The notes under the pieces were generated by a model. It did no database searches. It worked only from the letters and a program-made list of their open reading frames with translations, and was not told the DNA's origin. DNA of 64,000 nucleotides from assembly GCA_041664425.1 (NCBI GenBank), contig JBAYKU010000003.1, positions 3,373-67,372 on the forward strand. Direction: 5' to 3'. Shown piece by piece: positions 36,381 to 46,100 of the stretch. Both the position numbers and the translations under genes were made by a program. This DNA is from Minisyncoccota bacterium. Its GTDB lineage: Bacteria; Patescibacteriota; Minisyncoccia; Phycocordibacterales; XYD1-FULL-46-19. How positions within the stretch are numbered: the stretch's first letter is position 1; each line of letters begins with the position of its first letter.

Positions 36381-37222
36381 CTCCAGTTATCCTAGCTCAA
36401 AGAGTTTTGGTGGCGTATGTGCCAGTTGTCCACTCGGCTATTATTGAGTGGGCTAAACGGGAAAACTCACCAATTCTCGTACTCTGCCAAGAGTTTATTG
36501 GCGAGTTCCCACAACTCAAGCACGACCTGCGAGCCGTCTCACCTGAGCTTGTCGTCGATATGTTAAAGAGTCTTGGTTTTCAAGCCAGTTTGCTTGATTT
36601 TCAGGCTTTGGTTGCATTAAAGATGATGAGTAAGCCAACTTTTGTCTTGCCGACCGACGAGGTGATGCAACAATTTGCCGAACGCTATCTGGTGGGGCAA
36701 AAAGTTGAACATCAGCGGGTCTTCATTCGCTGGGACAAGATCAACACCACGAGCGAAAACGAGGTTTATCCTGATCGGTCGGTAACGAGCGAGCAATTAG
36801 CCAAAGACATCATGGGTTTGTGCTACGAACATGCCAAGCTGTCTTCAGATTGGTGGCGACAGGTTGGGGCGGCAGCGGTGCGAGATGGTCAGGTCTTACT
36901 CTACGGTGTAAACCGAATGAAGCCGACTGATTACGCGCCCTACCTTGATGGTGACATTCGTGGTTGCTTTGGTTTCGGTGAGCGCCTGGATATCTGCGGA
37001 ACGCTTCATGCGGAAGCGGCGGTCGTAGCTGGCGCTGCCGCACGTGGTCTGTCATTGGATGGTACCGATTTCTACTGTACCACCTTTCCCTGTCCACAAT
37101 GTGCCAGACTTTTGGAAGCTGCCAGGGTTCGGCGCGTCATCTACGACGAGGGGTATTCAGTTTGTGATACTTTCGACATTCTCAAGACTGCGGGAGTTGA
37201 AATCATCAAACTGATACCGTGA
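36377..37222 (+). CDS. dCMP deaminase-like protein with ~130-aa N-terminal extension
   Basis: C-terminal zinc-binding CMP/dCMP deaminase motifs HAEAAVV ... PCPQCARLL. Confidence 0.6.
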   Translation: MTPVILAQRVLVAYVPVVHSAIIEWAKRENSPILVLCQEFIGEFPQLKHDLRAVSPELVVDMLKSLGFQASLLDFQALVALKMMSKPTFVLPTDEVMQQFAERYLVGQKVEHQRVFIRWDKINTTSENEVYPDRSVTSEQLAKDIMGLCYEHAKLSSDWWRQVGAAAVRDGQVLLYGVNRMKPTDYAPYLDGDIRGCFGFGERLDICGTLHAEAAVVAGAAARGLSLDGTDFYCTTFPCPQCARLLEAARVRRVIYDEGYSVCDTFDILKTAGVEIIKLIP

Positions 37223-37285
37223 ACTGTGTGTGGTGGGTTTTATCCCAACCAATATGAGACCGAGACGCTTCACGTGTCTCGGTCT

Positions 37286-37744
37286 TTACTTTTTATAGCC
37301 AATAGGGAAATTAATAATTTTTCTTTTATTCTTCCCACTAATTTTTTGTCCGACTAATAAATGGGCATGTAGGTGGGCAACCGAGGCCCCTGTATAATTA
37401 GAGTCACCAAACCTAATAGCAAAACATCCTGCTGGTAATTTGTATTTTTTTGATAACCATTTTAAATGGTCAGCTAATTCTGCAAAACCTGACCCACTGA
37501 TTTCTTTTATGTGTTTTATGTGCTTGCGATAAATAAATAAATAGTGATGAGTTGTGCCAGAGTAAGGGTAATCGTTTTTAGTTACCACCCAATATTTGCC
37601 AGTTTTTTCAATTGGGTGGTCGTGGTATTTGGCTAAATATTTAGGGCAAAAAGGGCAAGCATTTATTTTGGTCAATTCTTCCATTTTAGCCTTTTGAGCT
37701 GGTAGGCGGGCGTGATGAAAATTAAAAAGTTTGTTTTTTAACAT
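37286..37744 (-). CDS. HIT (histidine triad) family protein with N-terminal CPFCP zinc motif
   Basis: HLHAHLL histidine-triad motif. Confidence 0.6.
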   Translation of the reverse strand: MLKNKLFNFHHARLPAQKAKMEELTKINACPFCPKYLAKYHDHPIEKTGKYWVVTKNDYPYSGTTHHYLFIYRKHIKHIKEISGSGFAELADHLKWLSKKYKLPAGCFAIRFGDSNYTGASVAHLHAHLLVGQKISGKNKRKIINFPIGYKK

Positions 37745-37824
37745 AAGGTTATCTTAGCATTTTTTAAAAATAAAAAAATAACAGCCACTGGCGCGCGAGG
37801 GCGCCAGTGGCTGGCTGAGGTGAC

Positions 37825-38721
37825 TTAAAAAGCCACAGGGATACCTCCAATCGGAGGATGAGGGTCATAATCCGTAATCTCGAAATGTTCGGCCCGAAAG
37901 GCGAACAAGTCTTTGATCTCTGGGTCAATGATCTGGAGAGTGGGTAATCGTCGCGGTTCACGGGCGAGCATTTTCCACACTCCTTCCATTTGATCGTCGT
38001 AGATATGAGCATTCTTGATAGCGTGGACATAGTATCTGGGTTTCAAACCAGTTACCTGAGCCAAGGCTAACGAGAGGGCTGTATATTGAGCCAGATTGGC
38101 CGGTAGTCCAATAGTGACATCACACGAGCGTTGTTCTACACACGTATCTAGACAGTCACCGTAAACGTAACAAGTTACCCAACCATGGCACGGGGCAATG
38201 AAAACCTTGCGGTCTCCAAACTCCGAGGCGTAGTAAGGTACCCACGGGCTGACCATGTTGGTTCGTGACCACGGCTTCTCTCTTAGCCCTTGTACCAGAG
38301 CGGCGAATTGGTTGAAACCGTTTGGTAGTCCTGGGGTAGGGAAGTTGTGAAAGGCGACACCATAGGAGCCAGGCCCGAAGTCACCTTCGGGTAGTCCAAG
38401 GGTGTCACAAACTTCTTTAGTGCCCCATTGCTCCCACCAGTCGCAACCATAGGCCTTGAACTCTTCGACGGTGTGAGCGCCGTTGATCATAGCGAAGATT
38501 TCGCCGATAGCCTTTCGCCAAAAACCAATCTTACGTTCGGTGATTATCGGTGCACCATTGCGCAAGTCAAAGCGCAAATCCAGCGGTTTGAAGAAAGTAG
38601 TGCAAGGCACTGCTTGGTTGTTTACTTCTTGCCGTTCTCCTCTATCCAATATGAGACGTAACAGGTCTCGATACTGTGTATCGGGAGTACGATCTTCTAG
38701 ACACAAATACTCCATCTGCAT
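37825..38721 (-). CDS. thyA: thymidylate synthase (ThyA family; Asn in GLPAN suggests dUMP specificity)
   Basis: FIAPCH catalytic Cys motif, QRSCDVTIGLPANLAQY, REPRRLPTL, DYDPHP...PVAF match ThyA blocks. Confidence 0.75.
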   Translation of the reverse strand: MQMEYLCLEDRTPDTQYRDLLRLILDRGERQEVNNQAVPCTTFFKPLDLRFDLRNGAPIITERKIGFWRKAIGEIFAMINGAHTVEEFKAYGCDWWEQWGTKEVCDTLGLPEGDFGPGSYGVAFHNFPTPGLPNGFNQFAALVQGLREKPWSRTNMVSPWVPYYASEFGDRKVFIAPCHGWVTCYVYGDCLDTCVEQRSCDVTIGLPANLAQYTALSLALAQVTGLKPRYYVHAIKNAHIYDDQMEGVWKMLAREPRRLPTLQIIDPEIKDLFAFRAEHFEITDYDPHPPIGGIPVAF

Positions 38722-38864
38722 ATAGATTCTCCTCTCTTGTGGTTTGTTGTCGGAGGCCAAATTACTCTAATTCCGATATTAGCAGGAAAGGGGAGCTAGT
38801 CAATTTGCAAAAACTAACGCCGTACCTCGGAGGCACGGCGTTGCAGATTCTTTTGTTTGTGTTC

Positions 38865-39356
38865 TCAGTCGGCGAACCGACGAAGAATTTGGAAGGTTGA
38901 GGTGTATTGGTCTCCCTCTCCCTGACTAATAGCCATCTGCTCCACTACTTCCCAGCATTTGGCTAGCTCAGGAAAATGGGCGTCTCCTGCGCATTCAACC
39001 TTTACCACTGTGCGGTAGATCTTGTTAGCCCAGGGTATGGCCGAGAGAAAGACTTCACTACCGCCAATCACAAAGGTTTCGAGTTCTCTGTGAATGGCTT
39101 TCTCGACCTCAGGCCAGCTGCGACAGACGACCACCTCGCAGGTCTGTTCCATGGTTCTCGACAGAACGACGTTCCTTCTTCCGGGTAGGGGGCGAAACCT
39201 TTCCGGTAGTGAGTCATAGGTCTTTCGGCCCATGACTACAGTGTGACCCATGGTGAGCTTCCGGAATCTTTTCATGTCGCTAGGGAGCGACCAGGGCAAT
39301 TGGCCTGCTTTGCCAATCACTCCATTAAGAGAAACCGCGCAAATGATTGAGATCAT
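38865..39356 (-). CDS. folA: dihydrofolate reductase
   Basis: MISIICAVSLNGVIGKAGQLPWSLPSDMKRFRKLTMGHTVVMGRKTYDSLP. Confidence 0.85.
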   Translation of the reverse strand: MISIICAVSLNGVIGKAGQLPWSLPSDMKRFRKLTMGHTVVMGRKTYDSLPERFRPLPGRRNVVLSRTMEQTCEVVVCRSWPEVEKAIHRELETFVIGGSEVFLSAIPWANKIYRTVVKVECAGDAHFPELAKCWEVVEQMAISQGEGDQYTSTFQILRRFAD

Positions 39357-39453
39357 TTATGACTCCTTTCTAGACCTATTGTCTGCTCAGACTTTAGCAG
39401 GAAAGTGACTATAGTCAATTGTTCAGTAAAATGCTAAATTTCTAACATTAAAT

Positions 39454-40632
39454 ATGAAAGACAAACAAATCGAAAAATTGATTAAAACCGAGGCCACGAG
39501 GCAGAAGAAAGTGATCAACCTGATCGCTTCCGAAAACTATGTCTCAGCCGATGTCTTGAAAGCTTTAGGATCGGAGTTGGTCAATAAATATGCCGAAGGT
39601 TATCCAGGTGAACGCTATTATGGCGGCAACCAGATTATTGATGAAGTAGAAAAGCTCTGCCAAAAGCGCGCTCTAAAAACTTTTGGTTTGTCGGATAAAA
39701 AGTGGGCGGTTAATGTTCAGCCCCTGTCAGGCTCACCAGCCAACTTGGCAGTTTATCTAGGCTTGGTTCCGTTGGGTGAAAAAATTATGGGGATGTCGAT
39801 GGCTCACGGTGGCCACCTCACTCATGGTCAAAAAGTTTCTATTACTGGCAAGGCCTGGCAGCAGGTATCCTATGGGGTTGATGAAAAAACGGAAATTCTA
39901 GACTATGACCAACTGCTCACTCTGGCTAAGAAGGAAAAGCCAGCGATTATTGTCGCCGGCTTCACAGCTTACCCTCGTAAAATTGATTGGAAAAAGTTTC
40001 GAGCGATTGCCGATGCTGTCGGAGCCTATCTAATGGTAGATATGTCGCACTTGGCCGGCTTGGTCGCTGGTGGCGCCTATCCGTCGCCCTTTCCTTATGC
40101 AGATATCGTCACGACTACTACTCATAAAACTTTACGCGGTCCGCGCTCAGCTCTGATTTTTTCCCGGATTGATCAACGCGATTTGCCAGCGAAGATTGAT
40201 AAAGCCATTATGCCTGGCCTACAGGGTGGCCCGCACATCAATCAGGTGGCAGCCGTAGCGGTAGCTTTAGACGAAGCTAGTCGTTCGGAATTTAAAAAAT
40301 ATGCCAAGCAGATTGTGGTCAATGCTAAAACTTTAGCGACCGAATTAAAAAAGAAAGGTTGGCGGCTGGTCTCTGGTGGAACTGATAGCCATTTGATTTT
40401 GGTAGATGTCTGGAATGGTGGACAGGGGATTGGTGGCAAGGAAGCTAGTGAGCGCTTAGAAAAAGAAGGAATCATTGTTAATAAAAACGGTATTCCATTT
40501 GATCAACGCGGGCCGGTTGATCCCTCTGGTATTCGCCTCGGCACGGCCGCGGAAACTACTCGTGGTAAAACCGAAAAAGATATGATTAAAATCGCCGAAA
40601 GAATCGATAAAATTTTGAGAACAAAAAAATAA
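39454..40632 (+). CDS. glyA: serine hydroxymethyltransferase
   Basis: PLP-lysine region TTTTHKTLRGPRS, overall SHMT similarity. Confidence 0.9.
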   Translation: MKDKQIEKLIKTEATRQKKVINLIASENYVSADVLKALGSELVNKYAEGYPGERYYGGNQIIDEVEKLCQKRALKTFGLSDKKWAVNVQPLSGSPANLAVYLGLVPLGEKIMGMSMAHGGHLTHGQKVSITGKAWQQVSYGVDEKTEILDYDQLLTLAKKEKPAIIVAGFTAYPRKIDWKKFRAIADAVGAYLMVDMSHLAGLVAGGAYPSPFPYADIVTTTTHKTLRGPRSALIFSRIDQRDLPAKIDKAIMPGLQGGPHINQVAAVAVALDEASRSEFKKYAKQIVVNAKTLATELKKKGWRLVSGGTDSHLILVDVWNGGQGIGGKEASERLEKEGIIVNKNGIPFDQRGPVDPSGIRLGTAAETTRGKTEKDMIKIAERIDKILRTKK

Positions 40633-41054
40633 TGGTTCTAAAAATAAAAATCAAAAAATTAAATCCAGAAGCCAAGTTGCCGACCTATGCCCATCCGGGG
40701 GATGCGGGGATGGATGTTTATGCTGTTAGTAAAACCGAGACCGAAAAATTTGTGGAATATGGTACGGGGCTGGCTTTTGAATTACCAACCAACCATGTGT
40801 TGTTGGTTTTTCCCCGCAGTAGCATTTCTAATACTGATTTGTCACTGACTAATTGCGTCGGGGTTTTAGACTCGGGCTATCGTGGCGAATTAAAAATGCG
40901 GTTTCGAAAAACTGGCGAGGTGGAATATGCAGTTGGGGAGAGGATTGGTCAGATTCTGGTTTTACCTTATCCAGAAATAGATTTTGAGGAAGCCGAAGAA
41001 TTGGCCGACAGCTCTCGGGGCGAAGGCGGTTTTGGTAGTACGGGGAAGAGTTAA
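40632..41054 (+). CDS. dut: dUTP diphosphatase
   Basis: AHPGDAGMDV, VLDSGYRGEL dUTPase motifs. Confidence 0.85.
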   Translation: MVLKIKIKKLNPEAKLPTYAHPGDAGMDVYAVSKTETEKFVEYGTGLAFELPTNHVLLVFPRSSISNTDLSLTNCVGVLDSGYRGELKMRFRKTGEVEYAVGERIGQILVLPYPEIDFEEAEELADSSRGEGGFGSTGKS

Positions 41055-41081
41055 AAAGATTGCTTATTTTGTGTTAATATT

Positions 41082-42746
41082 TTGTTAATGACTATCCAGG
41101 GGAAAATAAAATTAGCCATAAAAGATGCTTTGGGAGCTTTGGGTTTGCCGACTGGCGATTTTTTGTTGGAGCATCCGGCGGATTTGAACTTGGGTGACTA
41201 TGCTTCCAATGTGGCGATGGTTTTTGGTAAAAAGCACAATCGTCTGCCAAAGGATTTGGCTAGTGATATCATCAAACAGCTTTATTTGAATAACTATGAT
41301 TGGCTGGAAAAAGCCGAAGTGGCTGGTCCGGGTTTTATCAATATTTTTCTGACTAAAAAGTTTTTGACCGAGACGGTGGTTGATTTACAAACTGGAGAAC
41401 TGGGTTTGGTAGATTTTGGCACTGGCCAAAAAGCGATTGTGGAATATTCTTCGCCGAACATTGCTAAGCCTTTTTCCATCGGTCATTTGCGCTCGACAAT
41501 TATTGGTGCCGCGATCGCTAATCTGCTCGAGGTGAGTGGCTATAAAATTATTCGCCATAACTATCTCGGCGATTGGGGAACACAGTTTGGTAAGATGATA
41601 GTGGCGATTAAAAAATGGGGCGATCTGTCTGCTATCGAAAAAAGCGCCGAACCAGTCAAAGAGCTCGTGGCTCTCTATGTTCGTTTTCATGAAGAAGCCG
41701 AAAAAGATAAGGATTTGGATGACGAAGCTCGCTCGTGGTTTACAAAATTAGAACAGGGTAACGAAGAAGCCGTGGAAATTTGGCAGAAATGCATTGCTTT
41801 GTCGAAAGTTGATTTTACTAAAATCTATCAGCGATTGGGAGTGGAGTTCGATCTCGATCGAGGTGAGAGCTTTCTGGAGGGCAAGACTGGTCCAGTTTTA
41901 GTGGAAATAAAAAAGAGTGGTTTCGTCCATGAGAGCGAAGGAGCGACTTTATTTTTCTTTCCCGAAGATTCTTTACCACCAATGATGCTGGCGAAAAAAG
42001 ATGGTTCATCTTTGTATGCTCTGCGTGATCTAGCTTCGGATTTTGGCCGCCAGTCTGAATTTGCTCCGGACCTGATTATTAATGAAGCTGGCTCGGAACA
42101 AAAATTACATTTTGAGCAGGTAATAGAAGCTGAACGTTTGCTGGGCTGGTTCAGGCCAGGTCAGCGAGTCCATATTGGTCACGGTCTGTACCGTTTTGCC
42201 GAAGGAAAGATGAGTACTCGCAAAGGTAATGTGATTTGGCTCGAAGAAGTTTTGGATGAGGTGGTTAAACGAGCATCAGAATTTAATCCTGATTCGGCTG
42301 AAGCGGTGGGAATCGGAGCCTTGAAATACAACGATTTGAAACGAGACAGTAAACTCGATATTACTTTTGATTGGGATGATGTTTTAAATCTCAAAGGCAA
42401 CTCTGGCCCCTATTTGCAATACACTGTCGCTCGAGCCAAAGCGATCTTGGACAAGTCGGATAAAAATCCGGCGATTGGTAATAGTCTTGTTGGTACGGAT
42501 TTAGAACTCTCGCGCTGGCTGTATCGTTTCCCGGAAGTAGTAGAACGTTCGGCACGCGAATATGCCCCACATCAGCTTTGTACTTATCTCTATGAATTGG
42601 CCAGCACCTTTAATGCTTTTTATGCTCAAGAAAAAATTGTCGGTGGAGAAGGGGAGGAAAGTAAACTAGCTTTAGTTTCTGCCACGGCTAATATTTTAGC
42701 CAAGGGTTTGGATTTGCTTGGTATCGCCGTGCCAGAAAAAATGTAA
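41082..42746 (+). CDS. argS: arginyl-tRNA synthetase
   Basis: HIGH-like SIGHLRS, class I fold, anticodon-binding C-terminal domain. Confidence 0.85.
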   Translation: MLMTIQGKIKLAIKDALGALGLPTGDFLLEHPADLNLGDYASNVAMVFGKKHNRLPKDLASDIIKQLYLNNYDWLEKAEVAGPGFINIFLTKKFLTETVVDLQTGELGLVDFGTGQKAIVEYSSPNIAKPFSIGHLRSTIIGAAIANLLEVSGYKIIRHNYLGDWGTQFGKMIVAIKKWGDLSAIEKSAEPVKELVALYVRFHEEAEKDKDLDDEARSWFTKLEQGNEEAVEIWQKCIALSKVDFTKIYQRLGVEFDLDRGESFLEGKTGPVLVEIKKSGFVHESEGATLFFFPEDSLPPMMLAKKDGSSLYALRDLASDFGRQSEFAPDLIINEAGSEQKLHFEQVIEAERLLGWFRPGQRVHIGHGLYRFAEGKMSTRKGNVIWLEEVLDEVVKRASEFNPDSAEAVGIGALKYNDLKRDSKLDITFDWDDVLNLKGNSGPYLQYTVARAKAILDKSDKNPAIGNSLVGTDLELSRWLYRFPEVVERSAREYAPHQLCTYLYELASTFNAFYAQEKIVGGEGEESKLALVSATANILAKGLDLLGIAVPEKM

Positions 42747-42797
42747 CCCGTGCGGACGCTAGCGCGTCCGCACGGGGCGAAGAAGAGGGGCCAAATT

Positions 42798-43025
42798 TCA
42801 GTGGCCCTCTTTCTTGAGAATCCTTTTGGCACAAGGGGAAGTCTCTTGGAAGAATTCGAGGACAGAGTGAGGGTCTGCGTCCCACCTCTGAGCTAAGGCC
42901 TGTATCTGATAACCCAAGCCGGTCAGTTCCCCCCTTTGCTCCCGATCTACCTCGGGTTGGACAATACTTTTGACACCTTCCTCAACGAGCAGACACTCAA
43001 TTCCGTGACGGGTAAGATTTTTCAT
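42798..43025 (-). CDS. hypothetical small protein (GC-elevated), flanked by hairpins
   Basis: ORF only. Confidence 0.25.
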   Translation of the reverse strand: MKNLTRHGIECLLVEEGVKSIVQPEVDREQRGELTGLGYQIQALAQRWDADPHSVLEFFQETSPCAKRILKKEGH

Positions 43026-43125
43026 TACTTTTTCACCCCCTTTCGTGGATGGTTTATCTTCTGGTTGCAAACTAGCAGTTTTTGTTGTGGTTGTAAATAC
43101 CGCGTTTTTACGGTAAATTGTCTAA

Positions 43126-46100
43126 ATGGAAGAAAATAAAGACCTCGTAGAAAAATCAGCTCTCGCCAAGCGCGAGGAGGAGATTTTGGCTGGTTGGCAA
43201 ACTAAAAAAGTTTTTGAACAATCCTTGAATCAGAAGGCCTCTAAGGGAGAATTCGTTTTCTATGATGGTCCGCCTTTTGCCACGGGTCTGCCACATTATG
43301 GCCACTTGATTGGCGGCACCATCAAAGATGTTATTCCGCGTTATAAAACGATGCAGGGTTACCATGTCTCGCGTCGTTGGGGTTGGGACTGTCATGGTTT
43401 GCCAGTAGAAAACCTGATTGAAAAAGAACTCGATCTTAAAACCAAAAAAGAGATTGAGGACTACGGTATCGGTAATTTTAATGAGAAGGCCCGCGAGAGT
43501 GTCATGCGCTATGCTGATGAGTGGAAAAAAATCGTGCCACGCCTCGGTCGCTTTGTGGATATGGATAATGATTATCGGACAATGGATCCGAGCTATACCG
43601 AATCAATCTGGTGGATTTTCAAAAATCTTTACGACCAAGGTTTGATTTATGAGGGGTATAAGGCGATGCAGATTTGCCCACGTTGCGAGACGACCCTGTC
43701 GAACTTTGAGGTTAACCAGGGTTACAAAGATATCACTGATATTTCAGTCTTTATTAAATTTGAGTTGGTTGATGAACCCGGAACTTTTGTGGTGGCTTGG
43801 ACGACGACGCCTTGGACCTTGCCAGGGAATGTCGCTTTGGCCGTGGGTGCCGATCTAAAATATGTAGTGACTTCAGTAGAAAAAAACAAGTATATTCTTT
43901 TAGCTGAGCGGTTAGAATTTTTAAAAAATAAATTATTTGCCGATCAAGAAGTGGTAATAGAAAAAGAAATAACCGGTGCTGATTTGATCGGCTTACCTTA
44001 TGAACCAGTTTTTGATTACTATGCCAAAGACGAAACCTTAAAAAATCACGAACGTGGTTGGAGGGTATATGGCGCGGATTTTGTGACGACTGAAGATGGT
44101 ACTGGAGTGGTCCATATCGCCCCGGCTTTTGGTGAAGATGATATGAAGTTAGGCCAGAAAGAAAATTTGCCTTTTGTTCAACATGTGGCCATGAATGGTA
44201 CTTTCAAACCGGAGGTAGGGGATGGTCTGGCCGGTCTACGAGTGAAGCCGATTGAAAATCCCCAAGCGACTGATATCGAAATTATAAAAATCTTGGCGGT
44301 CAAGGGCTCACTTCTAGCCAAGGAAAAAATCGTTCACTCTTATCCGCATTGTTGGCGTTGTGAGACTCCGCTTCTCAACTATGCTACTTCGTCATGGTTT
44401 GTAGAGGTGACAAAAATCAAAGATAAATTAGTGACGGAAAATAAAAAAATCAATTGGGTGCCAGAGCATATTAAAGAAGGCCGATTTGGTAAATGGCTCG
44501 AAGGGGCCCGTGATTGGGCCATTTCTCGCACCCGTTTTTGGGGTGCTCCACTGCCGGTCTGGCGTTGCGAAGCTTGCCAGGAGAAGAAAGTTTTCGGCTC
44601 CTTGGCCGAATTGCAGGCCGTCATGGTGCCAGCTAAAAATAATTATTGGATTATGCGTCATGGCGAGGCTGAGAGTAATCTTGGTGATTCAATAAGCTCT
44701 GACCCTCTTGCCCCGAATCATTTGATAGAAAAAGGTAAAGATAAAGTTAAAGAGTCAGCTCAAAAATTGAAAGGAGAAAAAATCGACTTAATTATCTCAT
44801 CAGATTTTGTGCGAACAAAAGAAACAGCTGAAATTATGGCAGAGGAATTAGGTTTAACCTCAGATCAGATTGTTTTTGATGAGCGTTTGCGAGAAATTAA
44901 CCCAGGCAGCTTTACTGGTAAAAGTTGGGGTGACTACAACGACGCTTTTGGAGAGAGAATTAATCGTCTAAATGGGCGTTTACCTGGTGGTGGCGAGAAT
45001 TTTAATGAGGTGCGCCGTCGGGTGATGGCTGTTTTGTATGAATTTGAACAAAAATATCAAGGTAAAAAAATTCTGGTTATCACGCATGGTTTGCCGGCTT
45101 TTATGATTCAGGCTACGGTTGATCATTGGGATGATCGAGCGACTACTTATCGGCCTTATCCGAAGCCTAGTTTCGAACCAGGAGACGTTCGGGCTGTCAA
45201 TTTTGCCCCTATACCTCATAATAATAATTATGAATTAGACTACCATCGCCCATACATAGACGATATTGAAATGTCTTGTGCTTGTGGTGGGCAAATGAAG
45301 CGCGTGCCAGATGTCTTTGACTGCTGGTTTGAATCCGGCTCCATGCCCTATGGTCAAAATCACTATCCTTTTGAAAAAGAAAAAGGTGGTTTTGACCCGA
45401 CTAAGCAAACTTCCTTCCCAGCTGATTTTATCGCTGAGGGGCAAGATCAGACTCGAGGCTGGTTTTATACTATGTTGATTATTGGTACGGCTTTATTTGG
45501 TCAGAGTCCTTATAAAAATGTGGTGGTCAATGGTTTGGTTCTAGCTGAAGATGGCCAGAAAATGTCTAAACATCTGAAAAACTACCCTGATCCACTAGAT
45601 TTGGTCAACAAATATAGCGCCGATGTCTTGCGACTTTATTTGATGGCTTCGCCAGCAGTGCACGCCGAGGATCTAAACTTTTCCGAAAAAGGCGTGGGGG
45701 AGATCCAGCGTAAAATAATCTCTCGCTTACTTAACGTTGTGACTTTCTTAGAGACCTACGGCGAGGTCAAGGGAGGGGAGATTAAAACTCCCAAGACGGA
45801 TGACATTCTCGATCAATGGATTTTGTCACGTTTAGGTCAAACGATCGCTAAAGTCGAGAAAGAGTTTGAGGGCTATGAACTAGACCGTGCCGTCTGGGCC
45901 CTGGATGATTTTATTGACGACCTTTCAAACTGGTATCTGCGTCGCAGTCGAGATCGTTTTCGTGGTGACAATCAAACCGATCGTGAGCAAGCCAATCAAA
46001 CTTTGTTGTTTGTTCTGTCGGTGACGGCTAAAATTTTAGCTCCGCTAGCACCATTTTCTGCCGATGATATCTACTTGCGCCTAACCGATGGTCAGGCTAA

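Noticed and set aside
44638-45225. Possibility that the IleS insertion is an intein
   Set aside because: The N-terminal residue is not Cys/Ser, there is no block A/B or C-terminal HN+Cys/Ser/Thr junction, and the insert instead carries a complete histidine-phosphatase motif set.
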